DNA of 64,000 bases from the human T2T-CHM13v2.0 reference genome, Homo sapiens (GCF_009914755.1 NC_060925.1), one strand, 5' to 3'. Counted from the stretch's first letter, positions 16,380 through 29,500 are shown. Notes: generated from the letters alone by a model not told the origin. Made by a program: numbers and translations.

Positions 16380-17861
16380 GTGGAAGAATACATAGCAAAC
16401 GGATAATACTGTCCACTTCAGGGAAAGGATCAGCAAGGGACACAATGTTTTATTCGCTTGTATTGGTTTTCAGCCAATTTATGATTTTAACCAATTTGAG
16501 CAATTCAGTTGGATGGAGAAATTTTAGCTGTAAAATCAATACGAGAAAGTTGTTCATTTTCCCCAATGCTGATACAAGATCAAAAGACTTTCACATGCAT
16601 GATTTCCAAAATGACTCAGTGAAATATAGAAATAAGACCTTAGAGCTGATGATTGACTGGTAGAAGGGGGTTTTCATTCTCTTATCTGGTGTAGCATGCC
16701 TTTGGATGTCCCTGTGTTTTAGGGCAGTATAAACAGTATTAATACATGATGACTTGGCTGTTGAACAAAAAGGGCCTGAGATATGGGCAATTGTGTGGTG
16801 AGAGGTATTCTTCAAAGACAAGCTCTTCAAGATGATTTCCTGCAGAGAATCCTATCAAGCCTGAATGAACAATGCAAGGGGTGACTGTCTTACAAGCTTC
16901 AGCGCAAAACATTTTGGTACCACAGTCTGTGGGTTGTTCACCTGCAGGACAGTAGCAAGGTAAGTCATAATAAAGCACTCTAGTGAAAAAAGAAGTGTCC
17001 ACACAAGCTGAAGAGCAGATATGGGGTGTGTCAACAACACTGTCATATGATATGTGTTCCAAATTTCTTTGGTGGAAACACAGATGCAAAGATATTAACC
17101 GAAAGAGAGAGAAAAAGAGAGAGAGCGCGAGAGAGCGCGAAAGCCAGCTGAAACATTTTTATAGATCATTATGATATTAATTCCCCAGACTCAATACCAC
17201 CAAAACTAGAAAAGGAAACCTGATCAAATTCTTTGCAAATTCTGAGTCATGAAAAACTTGTGAATAGTACTGTACATTTCAGATTACTAAATTAGAGCTC
17301 ATCGGAGGATTTATATGACTGGTTACTGGTGAAAAGATCAGAGAATGTCCTTTCATCCATCAGTACTAACTGAAAAGGGAGTCGATTTTTTATAAGCAAA
17401 GGCAACAGGCTGAGCCATGTGTATTTCCTGAGGTGTTGCTTTGACATTTGAAAGTGAAACTCGACACTAGAAGCTTAGATGCGTCCGGTGAAAAACAATC
17501 TGTGAGCTGTGAAACTGCAAAACAATTCTGTGGATCATTCAGTAAAGTCATTTCTTCCTTTGGTTTCCTTTAACAATAGTACTATGATATTGACAAACTT
17601 GCTCTATTTGGGTGTTTTCTTTCTATTTTCTATTCTTTTGAGTGTTAATGAATTAAGGTGTCCATGAAATTAAACTTTTGGTGATAGAAATATAATTATT
17701 ATAACTTTTATATTTACTAAAACTCTCTGCTTAATAAAATTTATGAAGGTAATGTATGTTTGGTGTAAGTCAAACAAATACAAGTGAATAAAATATTGTC
17801 TCCCTTGCTGATCCTTTCCCTGAAGTGGACAATATTATCAGTTTGCTATGTATCCTTCCAC
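16380..17861. repeat. 85-bp inverted repeat (arms 16380-16464 and 17777-17861, 79/85 identical)
   Basis: Direct alignment of the left arm with the reverse complement of the right arm gives 6 substitutions and no indels. Confidence 0.95.
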
Positions 17862-19330
17862 ACTTATATTTATGTCTATAAAATGTATGTGGATTAATTT
17901 GCAAAAATGGCGAAGCATTCTTCTCATCCCTGTAGCATCTCCTTTTTGTAGTGCAGCTTTACTGCTCCTCCCACCAAGGAGTGGAGTCTATTTCTTCACC
18001 TTTTGAACTTGGGCTTGGCAGGGATGAATTCCTTTATATCACTGGGACATGACAAACAAAAATGATGACAAATGTGACATTGGGACAACAAATATGATGA
18101 AAACCACTTGCCTTGGGGCTTGTCATAATCACCATGGGAATTCTATTGTATCCATAGTTATGCATACAGCCCTCTAAATCATGAAACACAGTAATGTGTT
18201 TAAAAAGATTTCTGAAGTCATTGGTTTGAAGGAATAGATCTTGTAACAAGTGTTGTGGGATCTTGGGATATATATGCAATAAAATCTCTGAAATCTTTAG
18301 CTATTCACCTGTAAATATATGCTTTATTTTTAAGAGGACAAGAATTGTTATATGAGTCATGTAAGAATATATGATCCCTTTCCTTTAAAGGCTTTTGAAT
18401 ATAGCTGAAAAGATGAAGGTATTACAACACTCGCTTTTCATGTTTTTATACTCTATTCTCCATTTCAGCCAGTGCTCCATTCCCACAAATTTCCAAGTTT
18501 CCCATGCTTGCTTCGTCTTCTCATCTTGTAGGGACCATATAGGAGAGTGATGTGATAAATTAATTTACACTAACATGACAGGATTTTATTGGTTATTCTT
18601 TTGATGTGTATAATTGCCTTTTAAAAGAAACCTGGAGAGAGACTAACTAGAGCTTAATTGAAAGGCATGAAGTGATAATGATGGAATTTTAGGCCATAAA
18701 TATCTGAATGTTGAAAGTTTACACCCAATTTCTTCCACCTGTCAGCCTGCCCTTAATACCTTCTTAGATAAAACAGTATTATTCCTTACTCCAGGATTAA
18801 ATTATATGTAATTTGAGATACAATTTTTTTTATTTTATTAACAGAGGTGATACAAGAGTAGAAGAAATTGTAGTAACATATTTATAATCAGAACTAGGAA
18901 TATTGACCACTAATGTAGTCAAAATAATTTTTTCATAACTGTCAGGAGAGGGAAAAACCAACATGTGCCTCAACACAAATACTATATACAAATAGTTTAG
19001 TATATTGAAGCACTAGAACCAATCAGATCATTTTTCAAGATGTATGCAAAAATTACAATAGCATCAGCTTATTAGTAACAACATTCACAAGACGGTTACT
19101 TCACTGCAACTCACCTTAAGCATGGTCAGCTATTATACATGTATAGATGCTTAGGGACCAGTAGTGTTATAGCTAGATAAGATGATTGATTAATTGATTG
19201 ACCGATACATAGAGAGATAAATAGGACAGAGACTACAGTGAGCTTTATGTATATTCCACTTAAGCCATATAGTCCAATGACCATACATTGGACCTTGATA
19301 TCACCCACCTGAAATCTCTCCTGAAATCTT

Positions 19331-19635
19331 TATTTTTCTTTTTTTAATTTTTGTGGGTATATAGTAGGTGTATATATTTATGCAGTATATGAGATATTTT
19401 GATATAGGTGTAGAATGCATATTAATCACATTAGGGTAAATGGGGTATCCATCAGCTGAAGCATTTCTCCTTTCTTTGTGTTACAAACAATCGAATTATA
19501 CTCTTAGTTTTTTAAAAATGTACAATGAATTATTGTTGAATGTAGTCATCCTGCTTTCCTATTAAATACTAGATCTTGCTTATTCTATCTAATTATCTTT
19601 TTGTACCCATTAACCATCCCTACTTCCCCCACCCA
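19331..19635 (-). mobile_element. L1MA-type 3' end, 5'-truncated
   Basis: T-rich tail, then tttttgtgggtatatagtaggtgtatatatttat... typical of an L1MA 3'UTR. TSD TGAAATCTT at 19322-19330 and 19636-19644. Confidence 0.8.
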
Positions 19636-19742
19636 TGAAATCTTAAATTCAAGCATTCTGCTCTCTGATCATAGACTGTAGTCCTTCAATCCTGTCACTC
19701 TGTTACTTCTGCTATTCTCATATCTTATCAAAACTGCTAGTC

Positions 19743-19880
19743 TTTTTTTTTTTTTTTTTTTTAGTAGAAACAGGGTTTCACCATGTTGGCCAGGATGGTC
19801 TCGATCTCCTGACCTCATGATCTGCCCACCTTGGCCTCCCAAAGTGCTGGGATTACAGGTGTCAGCCACCATGCCTGCCC
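19743..19880 (-). mobile_element. Left-monomer-only Alu (AluSc-like) with A-tail and TSD
   Basis: T20 followed directly by the left arm. TSD AARACTGCTAGTCTTTT at 19730-19746 and 19881-19897. Confidence 0.88.
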
Positions 19881-21992
19881 AAGACTGCTAGTCTTTTGAT
19901 CCCTCCTGGTCACCAAGTATTTAGCCTCTTCCTGTCCTTCCTGTCTTTCTCTATTCAGCCTAAACTACATGATTCATTACTTGCCTATTGACCTTCCACC
20001 ACGCCAGCCTGAAAAGATTCAAACTATTTAAAATATGTATTGTTTCGGTCCAACTCTTTTCTCTCTATACTTTGGGGCCATTATAGGGTCTTCAACCTTA
20101 ACTTGGCCCTCATTGCTGCTCAACAGTCAAATATTTCATCAGTTCTAGCTCCCATTTCCAATAGCAGCTATTTCAGAGCTCATGCACTCTCCATAAGCCT
20201 CTTATCTGAAAGAATTCTCCCACAATCTCAACAAAGAACCTCTCTCACCTTTTACTTTACCAAAAAAGTAGTCTTCAGGTAGGAACTTCTTATCTTCATG
20301 AAACCCCACCTGCAATCTTACTGTATATATTTTTGCCTTCGTCCTTTGGAATCCAGTGAAAGACATATTCCTCTTTGTGTTTTCACCTGTGTTCTCCATT
20401 CTGTTCTATTCCTGCCTCTTCAGGAAACTTGTATCATCAAAAATTACACTTCCTTAGCCTTATCTTGGTTCCTATCATGGTTCTTGAAGTACCTCCAAGG
20501 AGCTCAGGTCTTCTAAAACATCTTTTAAAAATTATGGAATTTTGTAAATGAATGTTTGAATCTATTCTTGTAAAGCTAGGTTGGGTCCAAAAGAGGCCTA
20601 AGCCATGCATACAAACCCCTTATATCTCATTAGCTTTATTTATTTTATAGTCATAGGCTACATCATTAAACCCAGGTTTTTATGAATAAAATTGGAACCA
20701 AAGTAATAGAACTACAGGAGGCAGCCAGCTCAACATAAACCAATAGTAATCCAATTATGAAAAACCTCATGTTCTTTGTAGGTGGACAGAATATTTCAAC
20801 TATTTATAAAATACTTTTGGAGTGCCTAAAATGATTTACGCTTTAAAGATATCATGATAAAGAGGGAAGATAATGTGTTTTATCTTCTATTCCTCTGGTG
20901 TAAGAAGTCTGTTTTTGTAATATGTTTTAATATTATGTCCAAGCACCAAAGTTTCAGTAAGTCTATATTTTTATCTCTTTGGTAACACCTACACTTAAAT
21001 GTCTACATTTTCCACATTTTCTGTGGATTCTTTATTCACCTCTTTTATCAGTGACACCACTTCCTTTGAAACCCCCTCAAGTAGAAGCACTCATTCCATC
21101 ACAGCTCCTTCTTTTGAGTCTGGGAGGTTGGGCCTGCACTCTTTGCCCACCCACACATTCTTTCTGACTACGCTCTTAGCTTGACAGCCTTTATCTTACT
21201 GACAGTCATGCCTTCTAACCTACCAGCCTTTTCTCATCAGCTTCACATAGCAGCGGTTTCGTACCCTATGAGATGTAATATATGATTATTAGCAATAGAA
21301 TGTTCTCCATTTCCTCACCCTCTTTTTTGTCATTTTCCCAATCAAAATTTACTCCCCAGAACAGATGTAGAATCTAATTACTGGTCCACACTGGGTCCTC
21401 AACATTCTATCTTATTCTTTATCCTGATGGTTTATCTAGTGCCATCACAGTTACTTCATCTTTCTTCTACAATTATCCCTTCCTGTCCATTTCAGCAACA
21501 CCCTTATTTTTATACCTGTCCTGGACTTGGTCAGTACCTGGAAAAGTGTGCCCTTTGGAGTCTTTAACTCTGAAATGTTCCTTTTGGCCACAACTTTTTA
21601 TTCTTCTATATTTCTCTCTCCCTGGCACCCACTAAACCCTGTGCCTGAAATCATTTTGAATTCTAGCTTCTTTGATCTAGTTTATTAGGTTTATTTTCCC
21701 AGGTCCCTCACTGACTCCCCTTGCCTTAACTTTCAAATACACTATCTCCATATCCTGCAATTTTTCTCATCTCCTTATTACTCTGCCAAATGAAAGCATC
21801 CAGATTATAACTTAATATTCTGATTATTCTATTTTTGATTTGGGTTTCCTATAACCTTCTGTAAAAAAGTTCATGATGCTGATGATAAATTTAATTACAA
21901 ATGTATTATCTCTAATTTCAGTCAACCTTTCTCAACCATTCCTTTATTCTTTCCATCAGTGTCTGTTTTTATTCCCCACCAAACTTTTCTGA

Positions 21993-22188
21993 TTTTTTGT
22001 TTGTTTGTTTGTTTTTTGTTTTGTTTTGTTTTTGAGACGGAGTTTTGCTCTTGTTGCCCAGGCTGGAGTGCAATGAATGGTGCAATCTCAGCTCACCACA
22101 ACCTCCACCTCCTAGGTTCAAGCGATTCTCCTGCCTCAGCCTCTCAAGTAACTGGGATTACAGGTATGTGCCACCACATGGCTAATTT

Positions 22189-22259
<71 letters not shown>

Positions 22260-22335
22260 TAGAGATGGCATTTCTCCATGTTGGTCAGGCTGGTCTCAAA
22301 CTCCCAACCTCAGGTGATCCACCCACCTCGGCCTT
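21993..22335 (-). mobile_element. AluSp/Sq-like, slightly 5'-truncated, with (AT)n and T36 in the central linker
   Basis: gttttgctcttgttgcccaggctggagtgcaatg diagnostics. The linker is replaced by about 14 AT units (22194-22221) and a T-run (22221-22256). Confidence 0.88.
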
Positions 22336-22339
22336 CAGC

Positions 22340-23600
22340 AGATGACCCAGTTCTTATTTTATAGAGAAAGGAAATACTATCAAGTAAAACTGCTCTCATA
22401 TCATACATATACTGTATCTTCACCCATTTTTTTTCTCCTCCCAAAGTGGAAAAAATATTTTTTTCTGAATTGCTAGGTTAATGCTTCTGCTTATGTTTTT
22501 GGACACATCTCCTCTTGAATCCTCAGGGATTTTGCCTTATTAATCAGTTTCATTCTTTGTTTCTCCATTTTTTTTTTTTTTGTCTTTTTCTGCCTGGGTT
22601 TCAAACACTTAGCCACAGGCATGTTTATGATTTCCCCTTTCTGAAAAACTCTGCACTGCCCAACTTCCTTCTCTTTACCACCCCGTTTAATAAAATAATG
22701 TCTTACCACCTCCACTCCTCTACCTTTTACGCATTATTGTCCACTAAATTTGACTTCTGCCCTTTATGTTCTGGCCTCCACAAAGGTCACCAGTGAAAAA
22801 AATCCTGTCTCCCAAATCTAATGACTTCTTTGCTGTTCTTATTTTTCTTACCATTTCTTTGAAACTTGCATGGTATTTAACAATATTGACCACTTCTTCT
22901 TTCTTGAAACTTGCTCCCCCTTCTACTTCAAGACAGAATCTATTCTCTTCTTATTCTCCTCCTATATCCTTTACCCATTCTTTCAATTGCTTCTACTTTT
23001 CTCTTAATTGTTGTTTATCAGCACTCCAACTTCTGTTGTCTTCTTGCTCTTCACTCTTTTTCTGAGTGTTTGTGCTAATTATCTCTTCATTTCTCATCTC
23101 TATGCCCTAAAAATCTGCCTTTTACCTTTATCCTGGAGTTCTTTTGAGCTATGCATCCATATTTCTAACCACTCCTAGACCTCTCTCCCTGTTGTCCTGC
23201 TCCTGCAGATAGACATACCCCAGTTCTAATGCAGAACTTATCTATTCTTCTCTGCTTCTCCCTACAACTCAACTCCCCAGTGAAACCAGAAAAGTCCTGG
23301 TTCTCTTATTGCATTCTCTTTCTCTATTACTATTCCCCCATTTCCTCCATCATCCAAGTTGGAAATCTTGGAATTACCTTGATGACTTCTCCTCCTTCAG
23401 TTGGGCAGGTCTGCTCAATTCTACCGCCAAAACATTTTTTCATTTGACATGGCTCTCTACTTCCCCTCTGATCCTCCTCATCAAGTCATCCCCCAGCTCT
23501 CTCACAGGCTTGTAGGTGGCATCTGTGAGTCCTGGCTGTCTTCACTCTAGAGCTCCCTCACTCCTACCCTCAAGTTATACTTCTCCACAGCACGACCCAA
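22340..23600 (+). mobile_element. Degenerate L2 (pyrimidine-rich ORF2/3' region)
   Basis: L2-like phrases (ccaaatctaatgac...ttgaccacttcttctttcttgaaac; ggaaatcttggaattaccttga). Confidence 0.55.
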
Positions 23601-24633
23601 ACAATGCTCAGTTACTGTGTGCTGGAGGAAAATTTTAACTGAATAGGAAGACTTACTTTCTTCCATTAATAAATAAGTTACTGATGTGCAGGTGGCACAT
23701 GGTTTTATTGAAATTATAACTTTTCAAATATTTTTAGACTTCTAGAATTAATGGAGCATTCATTACTTTAATGTCCACAAGTGTAAAATAAAGGTACTTT
23801 AATATGAGTAAATTAAATTCTAAATTAAATTCTAAAATCATCTTCAATTCTGATTGATCATGATCATTTATCAGTCCTTTCTTCCATCAGAATTTTCCCA
23901 GTCACTTTTAAGAAAGGAAGGAAAAGCAAGAGAAACGTACCAACCGCAAACTAGATCAAGGATGAAGAGCTAACTCTTCTGAATTATCTGTCTTGAAAAG
24001 CTTGAAGATATCGCAACATTCTTACTTGTTCTTCCCTTCTTATTGTAGAGACTTGGAATTGTGTCCTTGGTTATAAAAACCTTGGAGAGTAAAGTGTAAA
24101 TTAATTTAAAAATGAATTCTAGTCAATTTTGCTACTGATTAAATTCTAATTGAGACAAAGTGTTGAGCAAGTGGCTAAATAAGTAAGTCAAAGGACTTGG
24201 TGGTTTAAGTAGATGCTAATTATATAAGAATCATTCACTATTAGTGTCAATGATTAAGAGTTAACAGTGGTGCTTCTAAGTTTTGACTTTGATAGGTAGT
24301 CTGAATAATAAATCAAAGCACTAGAGTTATTGTAGTGGCGGCAAATTTTTCTAAAAGTATATTTTAGATGTCAAAAAACCCTGAATGTTTAACAACAAAT
24401 TAATTAATTATGGAATCAATAAAATTCAATGTTTTTGACTTTGAATTTTCTATGGAATCAGGTTAACAGTCAGCACTCTATACTATTGCATCATCTTAGA
24501 TCACAATAAAATTGAGGCAAAGAACATAGTGAAAGGTGAGTTTTATTTTGAATGAGGATATTTAACATCTAGACTTGGAACTGACTATATCAACTTGGTT
24601 ATGTTCATTAATGCATGTATGTTGATGTATGGA

Positions 24634-24669
24634 TCACTAATTTGAGATAAGTATATCTCAAATTAGTGA
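24634..24669. repeat. Perfect hairpin: 16-bp stem, 4-nt loop
   Basis: TCACTAATTTGAGATA-agta-TATCTCAAATTAGTGA. Confidence 0.95.
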
Positions 24670-26799
24670 ATGCGAAAGTGATATAAAATGATTTTTAAAA
24701 TACAAATCAGTGTTTCCGTAATGCTCTGAGTTTTTGAACTGGTCCTGTAGAATGTTAACGTAGATAGTTAGCATCTTTTCTATATTTTATGTTCACTATT
24801 CTTCAACTTAGAAGGAAAATAATTGTGGACAGTTTATAAATTACTAGCAGTATGCTGAGCTCAAAAATTACGTTATTCAGTTTCTCTTCTATTAAAAGTA
24901 AATGTCATGATGCAGTACTGACCTTATAGAAGACTTGAAAATACTGTCCCTGTGGTAAACTTAAACAAACCTCTGTTGTTTCAGATAAGTTTCAGAATGT
25001 ATCTTAGCTAGTTTTAAGATCCCATGACTAACACTGTTATGAATATATGTCTACCAGTGACATTGTTAGTCACTGAGTCTTTGGATGTGTAATGAAGAAA
25101 TACATACAGCAGCTGAAGAATTTTTATGAAGCCAATTGTGGTAATACAAAGCTTTTTCATGGTTTAACATTTTGTATGTGCTTCTCCTAATTATTCAGCA
25201 GACTCGGCTACTGCAAATGCCAGGTCATTTTCTGACTGTGTAGCTTGGTTTTTATTAGATAATGGAGCAGAATAACATAGATTATATTTCATTACAAGCA
25301 AGATGGCAGCCAGCCACTCTAGAAAATGACTATATTATACAAGAAATTTTTATGTGATTCATTCTAGACAAAACTATCTAAAGATCCTTCCCACTTAAGT
25401 CTTCCAAGGTCATGTAGCAATGTCTGAGCTTTGGAAGTTAACACAAGTTCACTGGCTCAGAACCTAAATAAATCCAACCCAGACTCAAAAATGTTGGTTG
25501 GTGGAGTAATATTTGAAATGGAATTGAAACTTGATTTGCAGTTTTGTAATATGTAATATGTTGTACAAATATATGTAATACATATGTTTATAATATATCC
25601 TTCCTTAAGGGCCACTACCTTCTCGTCCAACTGTGACATTCAGCTGACACTAGCAAGTAGTTTCAGCAAGAGAATATACTATAAGTAATGTATGAAGAGA
25701 ATGTATAAAAGTCTTAAAGACTAACTAGAATAATTATATCAGCCCATGAAAGCATTAGTGTTTCTAATTAAACTTCTGAAGATCTCATCATACATTCCTA
25801 GGAAGTGAGTGTTAAGGGCAGGTCAAAGTATACATACCCCTTATTAGAGAGGAATGCTTCTTCCATGGCCATTGATAAATAAACATTGTTTCCCTACATG
25901 GAGTTCTTCAATTTCACTGTTGTGGTTTTCATAAAAACCCTGGAGGATTATTATCTTCCTTTCCCAATCCTTTAAGTTTGAATACCTTCATCTCCAATCA
26001 GGGAAAATTTATTTATTAAAACTGAAATAGGGAGCAAGAAATCTAGTCACAACAAGTCTGTCTGTAGTAGAGAAAAATCTGCAGGGAAATTCACCATTAA
26101 TTTTTAGGCTAGTCAAGTCATAACTCTAGTAACCCATGGGAATTCCATTACTGCTCTTTAGAAGTTTTTACCCAGCCTAAGCACATGTCTGCATTCAGAG
26201 TTGGTAGTCTTGGTTTTCTTCTTCTTAAATGTCACTCCAATTTTTTTTTCCTAAATGAGCCGGGGGTCATATCCTTTGTGTTACCTTAAAGCATATTTAT
26301 TCCTTTTCTTTCTGAAATGTTGGCCAGATGACAAGTGAGACAATGAAGTGTCATTCAAACTTCCTGACCTGGAGTAGGTTTCTCCTTTTTCAGATCCTCA
26401 ATGTGACCCACATTAAAAGTGAAGTTTATCCTATCCTTAGAGTTTCAGAGCTTAAAGGCTAGCCTATGAATTCAGGACAGTCCTGAGCCATTTTCTTCAG
26501 GAAAGCAAGTGCAGGTGGGGTGAATTTCTGTTCCCTCAAATGGAATCATTAATGGCAGTGTTTCTAGATAATGCCAAAATAGTTCAAGTTGAAATTAAAT
26601 GATATGTGTACATAGTTATTTATCTGAATGGCCAATCTGCATATGCCTAATACCTGAATTACCCAAGATGTAAAACGAATTATTTACTGTGTGTTTCAGT
26701 GAAGTTTTGAACCAAATAATTTGAAATTCTTAAGGAGCCCCAAAATATATTCCTTTGGAGAGATTTTCCTGATAGTTGGAAAAAATTAGTTATCTGTCT

Positions 26800-27185
26800 T
26801 AGAAAATGTTTTCTTCCTGCCTTGAGGGCCTTGTTTATGCTGTTCCCTTGTAAAATGCTATCTTTCACCTCCATTGCCCAGTTAATCCTTCTGACACTTT
26901 AGGTTCAGTTTATACCTTCCTTCCTCAGGGATATCAGCCGATGATCCCTCAACCTGTGTCTGGCTTCTTGTTATATGCTGTCTTACATCCTTGCAAACAT
27001 TAATCAAGGCACTTACCACAAGCACTACTTGCCTATTTTTTTTACATGCAATTCATTTTTAATGTGTTTTCTCCAATAAACTGTGAGCTCTAATTTGTTA
27101 ACTGCAAACAGTTCCAAGTGCCAAGCAGAGTGCTTTGTGTATATAGCAGATATTCAATGCATATTTGTGATTAAAATAAATGAGC
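26800..27185 (+). mobile_element. L2 3' end
   Basis: Ends ...aaactgtgagctc...gtgccaagcagagtgct...gatattcaatgcatatttg..aataaatga, the standard L2 tail. Confidence 0.6.
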
Positions 27186-27510
27186 AAGTATAGGGATAGG
27201 ATACATTCTCCCAGAAAATAATCTACACTTAGTTGTAACTATGACTTTCTAATAGCTACTTTTCTCCAGATCTCTCTGTATTCCAGTAAAGATTTGTTTT
27301 AATCCATGAAAACCACAGTCCAAATGTTTCTGGTGACCTATTCACTGCCAGGTTCAGGCTAGTTTGTACACCATTTTATCCTTTTTAACTCCAGTATAGC
27401 TTTGCATCAGTGAACTACCATCATCCTTTGTAACACTGACCTCTGTTGCTTGACTGTCTGCACTTGACTCTCCATTGATGGTGACCCCTACATTTACACA
27501 TGCAAGAAGT

Positions 27511-27918
27511 TATCTTAGGTTATATTTTTCAGATCTCAGTAAGGGATTAGGAAAAGTAGGATAGAGAAGGGGAGAGGGTCAAGCAAGGATATAATTTCAG
27601 ACAAAGCCCTCTAGAGAAGAGCTCCAATCTGATCCCAAAGAAAACTGGGCCGTTTGTTATGTAAGGCAGCTGGATTTTCATACTTCTTCACTGGTTAGTC
27701 ATTGACTAATGGTGGGTGGATGTGGTAGGGTAATTTTTCCAGTACTTTTCTGGCTTTCTACTCTGGTAGGAAAAACAGCCCTACTAGTCAGAGGAGTATC
27801 TGAGGGGAGTGTCAGATGTTGGCATTAGAAGCAAAAGTACAAAGAAGCTGAGGAGGATGAATTGAAACATGAGGAAAGACTGGAGATCTGGGGAGAGAAA
27901 GCCAACGGTGTCTGCTAG
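27511..27918 (-). mobile_element. Old ERVL/LTR16-group LTR
   Basis: Starts tatcttaggtt and ends ccaacggtgtctgctaga, resembling the LTR at 61522-61935. Confidence 0.45.
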
Positions 27919-29500
27919 AGGCTCAACATGAAACATTTCTATCAACGTTCAAGATAATTGTTGTGCTTAACATGTATTCTTCTACTTTCTGGATCCAATT
28001 ACCATCTCTTCAGAAAAGAATACAAATCTACATGTCCAGCCCTAAATATTACTGATTCCAAAACAGCTCTTCAAATATAAGCTGGAGATGTCTAGCAGGT
28101 AATTACCCATAAAGATCCAGCATCAAAAACAATGGACTAAATTAAATGGCTCAACTGTGTCAATGGACTTCTTGCCTCACCTAGTCTAACTCTTAAGACA
28201 TCTGTAGAGCTGTCAGTGATTTTCTGGCCTCTGAGGAAAGGCTGATTTTGAGTGTGTTTGACTGCATCTCAAAGGAAAGAGAGAGAGGCTGAGAAATTCA
28301 AGAGTAAATAATGGGCATATGCCTGATTAAATGGATAAGCCCATTTGAATTTTATATTTGGCAGGGAGAAAAGCACTGGACACAATTATAGAATTTAACC
28401 AGCAATGCAAAACAACCCCAAAGTCCAGGAAATAGAGAACTTAGGAGAATCTTGCAAGAAAACATCAAATGTTAGGGTGCAGGTTGGCTGAAGCTTTCTG
28501 GAAAGGTAGCTAACTAGAAAAAGTGTTGAGAATGGATGAGGCAGATGCGAAAAGAAGAATCTAAAATCTTGGTAATATTTATCTTGGCTCAGATATCTTA
28601 ATTACTATTGAATAAAATTGCATTATATAAATCTACATCAATTATGACACATTAATTAGAAGCAAAGGAAATTTTAAAACCATGTAGAGAATTCTATTTT
28701 CATGAAATTTTTACAAGAGATTTTTTTTTTATAAATGTCAAAACAGGTAGGGAACTATAGATAGGCAGATAATGATGGAGGGTGCAAATTTAGTAGTGAC
28801 TAAACCATCAGGACATTCTATGGGGATGGCATCTCCATTTACAGGAACTAGATACCATGGCAGTAGAAAATCATTTACACATTCACTCTTGGAGCCTCAA
28901 TGCTCTGATGAACAGGCTGGCTTCTCTCCAGTAGCTATGAGACTCAAATGAGATATTTGAACACTGCTCTTTAAATGTGCTAAATTCCTTCTGCCTTAGA
29001 TCTTAAGCCACTGCTGATCTTCTTAGAACCACACACCGCAGGTGCTTCCCTGTGGAAACTGCAAATGTTTACTCTGTCTTCCACCTTTGAATGACTTAGA
29101 ACATGTTGTGGCTAAGGTTCATTCGTTATCAACATTCAGAAACTGCCATTTCCTTTTCTACCTGCAAAGCCTAATAATAACTTTTTAAACTATTGCTTCC
29201 TTTGCATATTCACCATACATCCTGCTTTCAGATGTGGAATCTAAAACCTTGCTGAGAAACTGCCTCCAATGTTGCTCCCTTAACTTTCACTGTGGAAAAC
29301 TCTGAAGGAAGTTGGCCGCACCATTTAATGGAAGCATGAGGAACTAGGTAAATTGCTTGCCCTTAATAAGCCTTCAGATTTTGAACTCTTCTTTCATCCT
29401 TGAGAGACAAAAATGCTATCATTAATTTAACAAAGCTCCTTGCCATCACTAAAGTTTTTTTATATTTCCTGTAGTCTCTTTCCTTTAGATATGTATGAAA

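Noticed and set aside
16591-17089. Overlapping Cys-rich minus-strand ORFs (116, 79 and 63 aa) as a hidden gene or TNF-family pseudogene
   Set aside because: I recognise no domain or motif, and ORFs of this length occur by chance. A tBLASTn/HMMER search would be needed to revive the idea.
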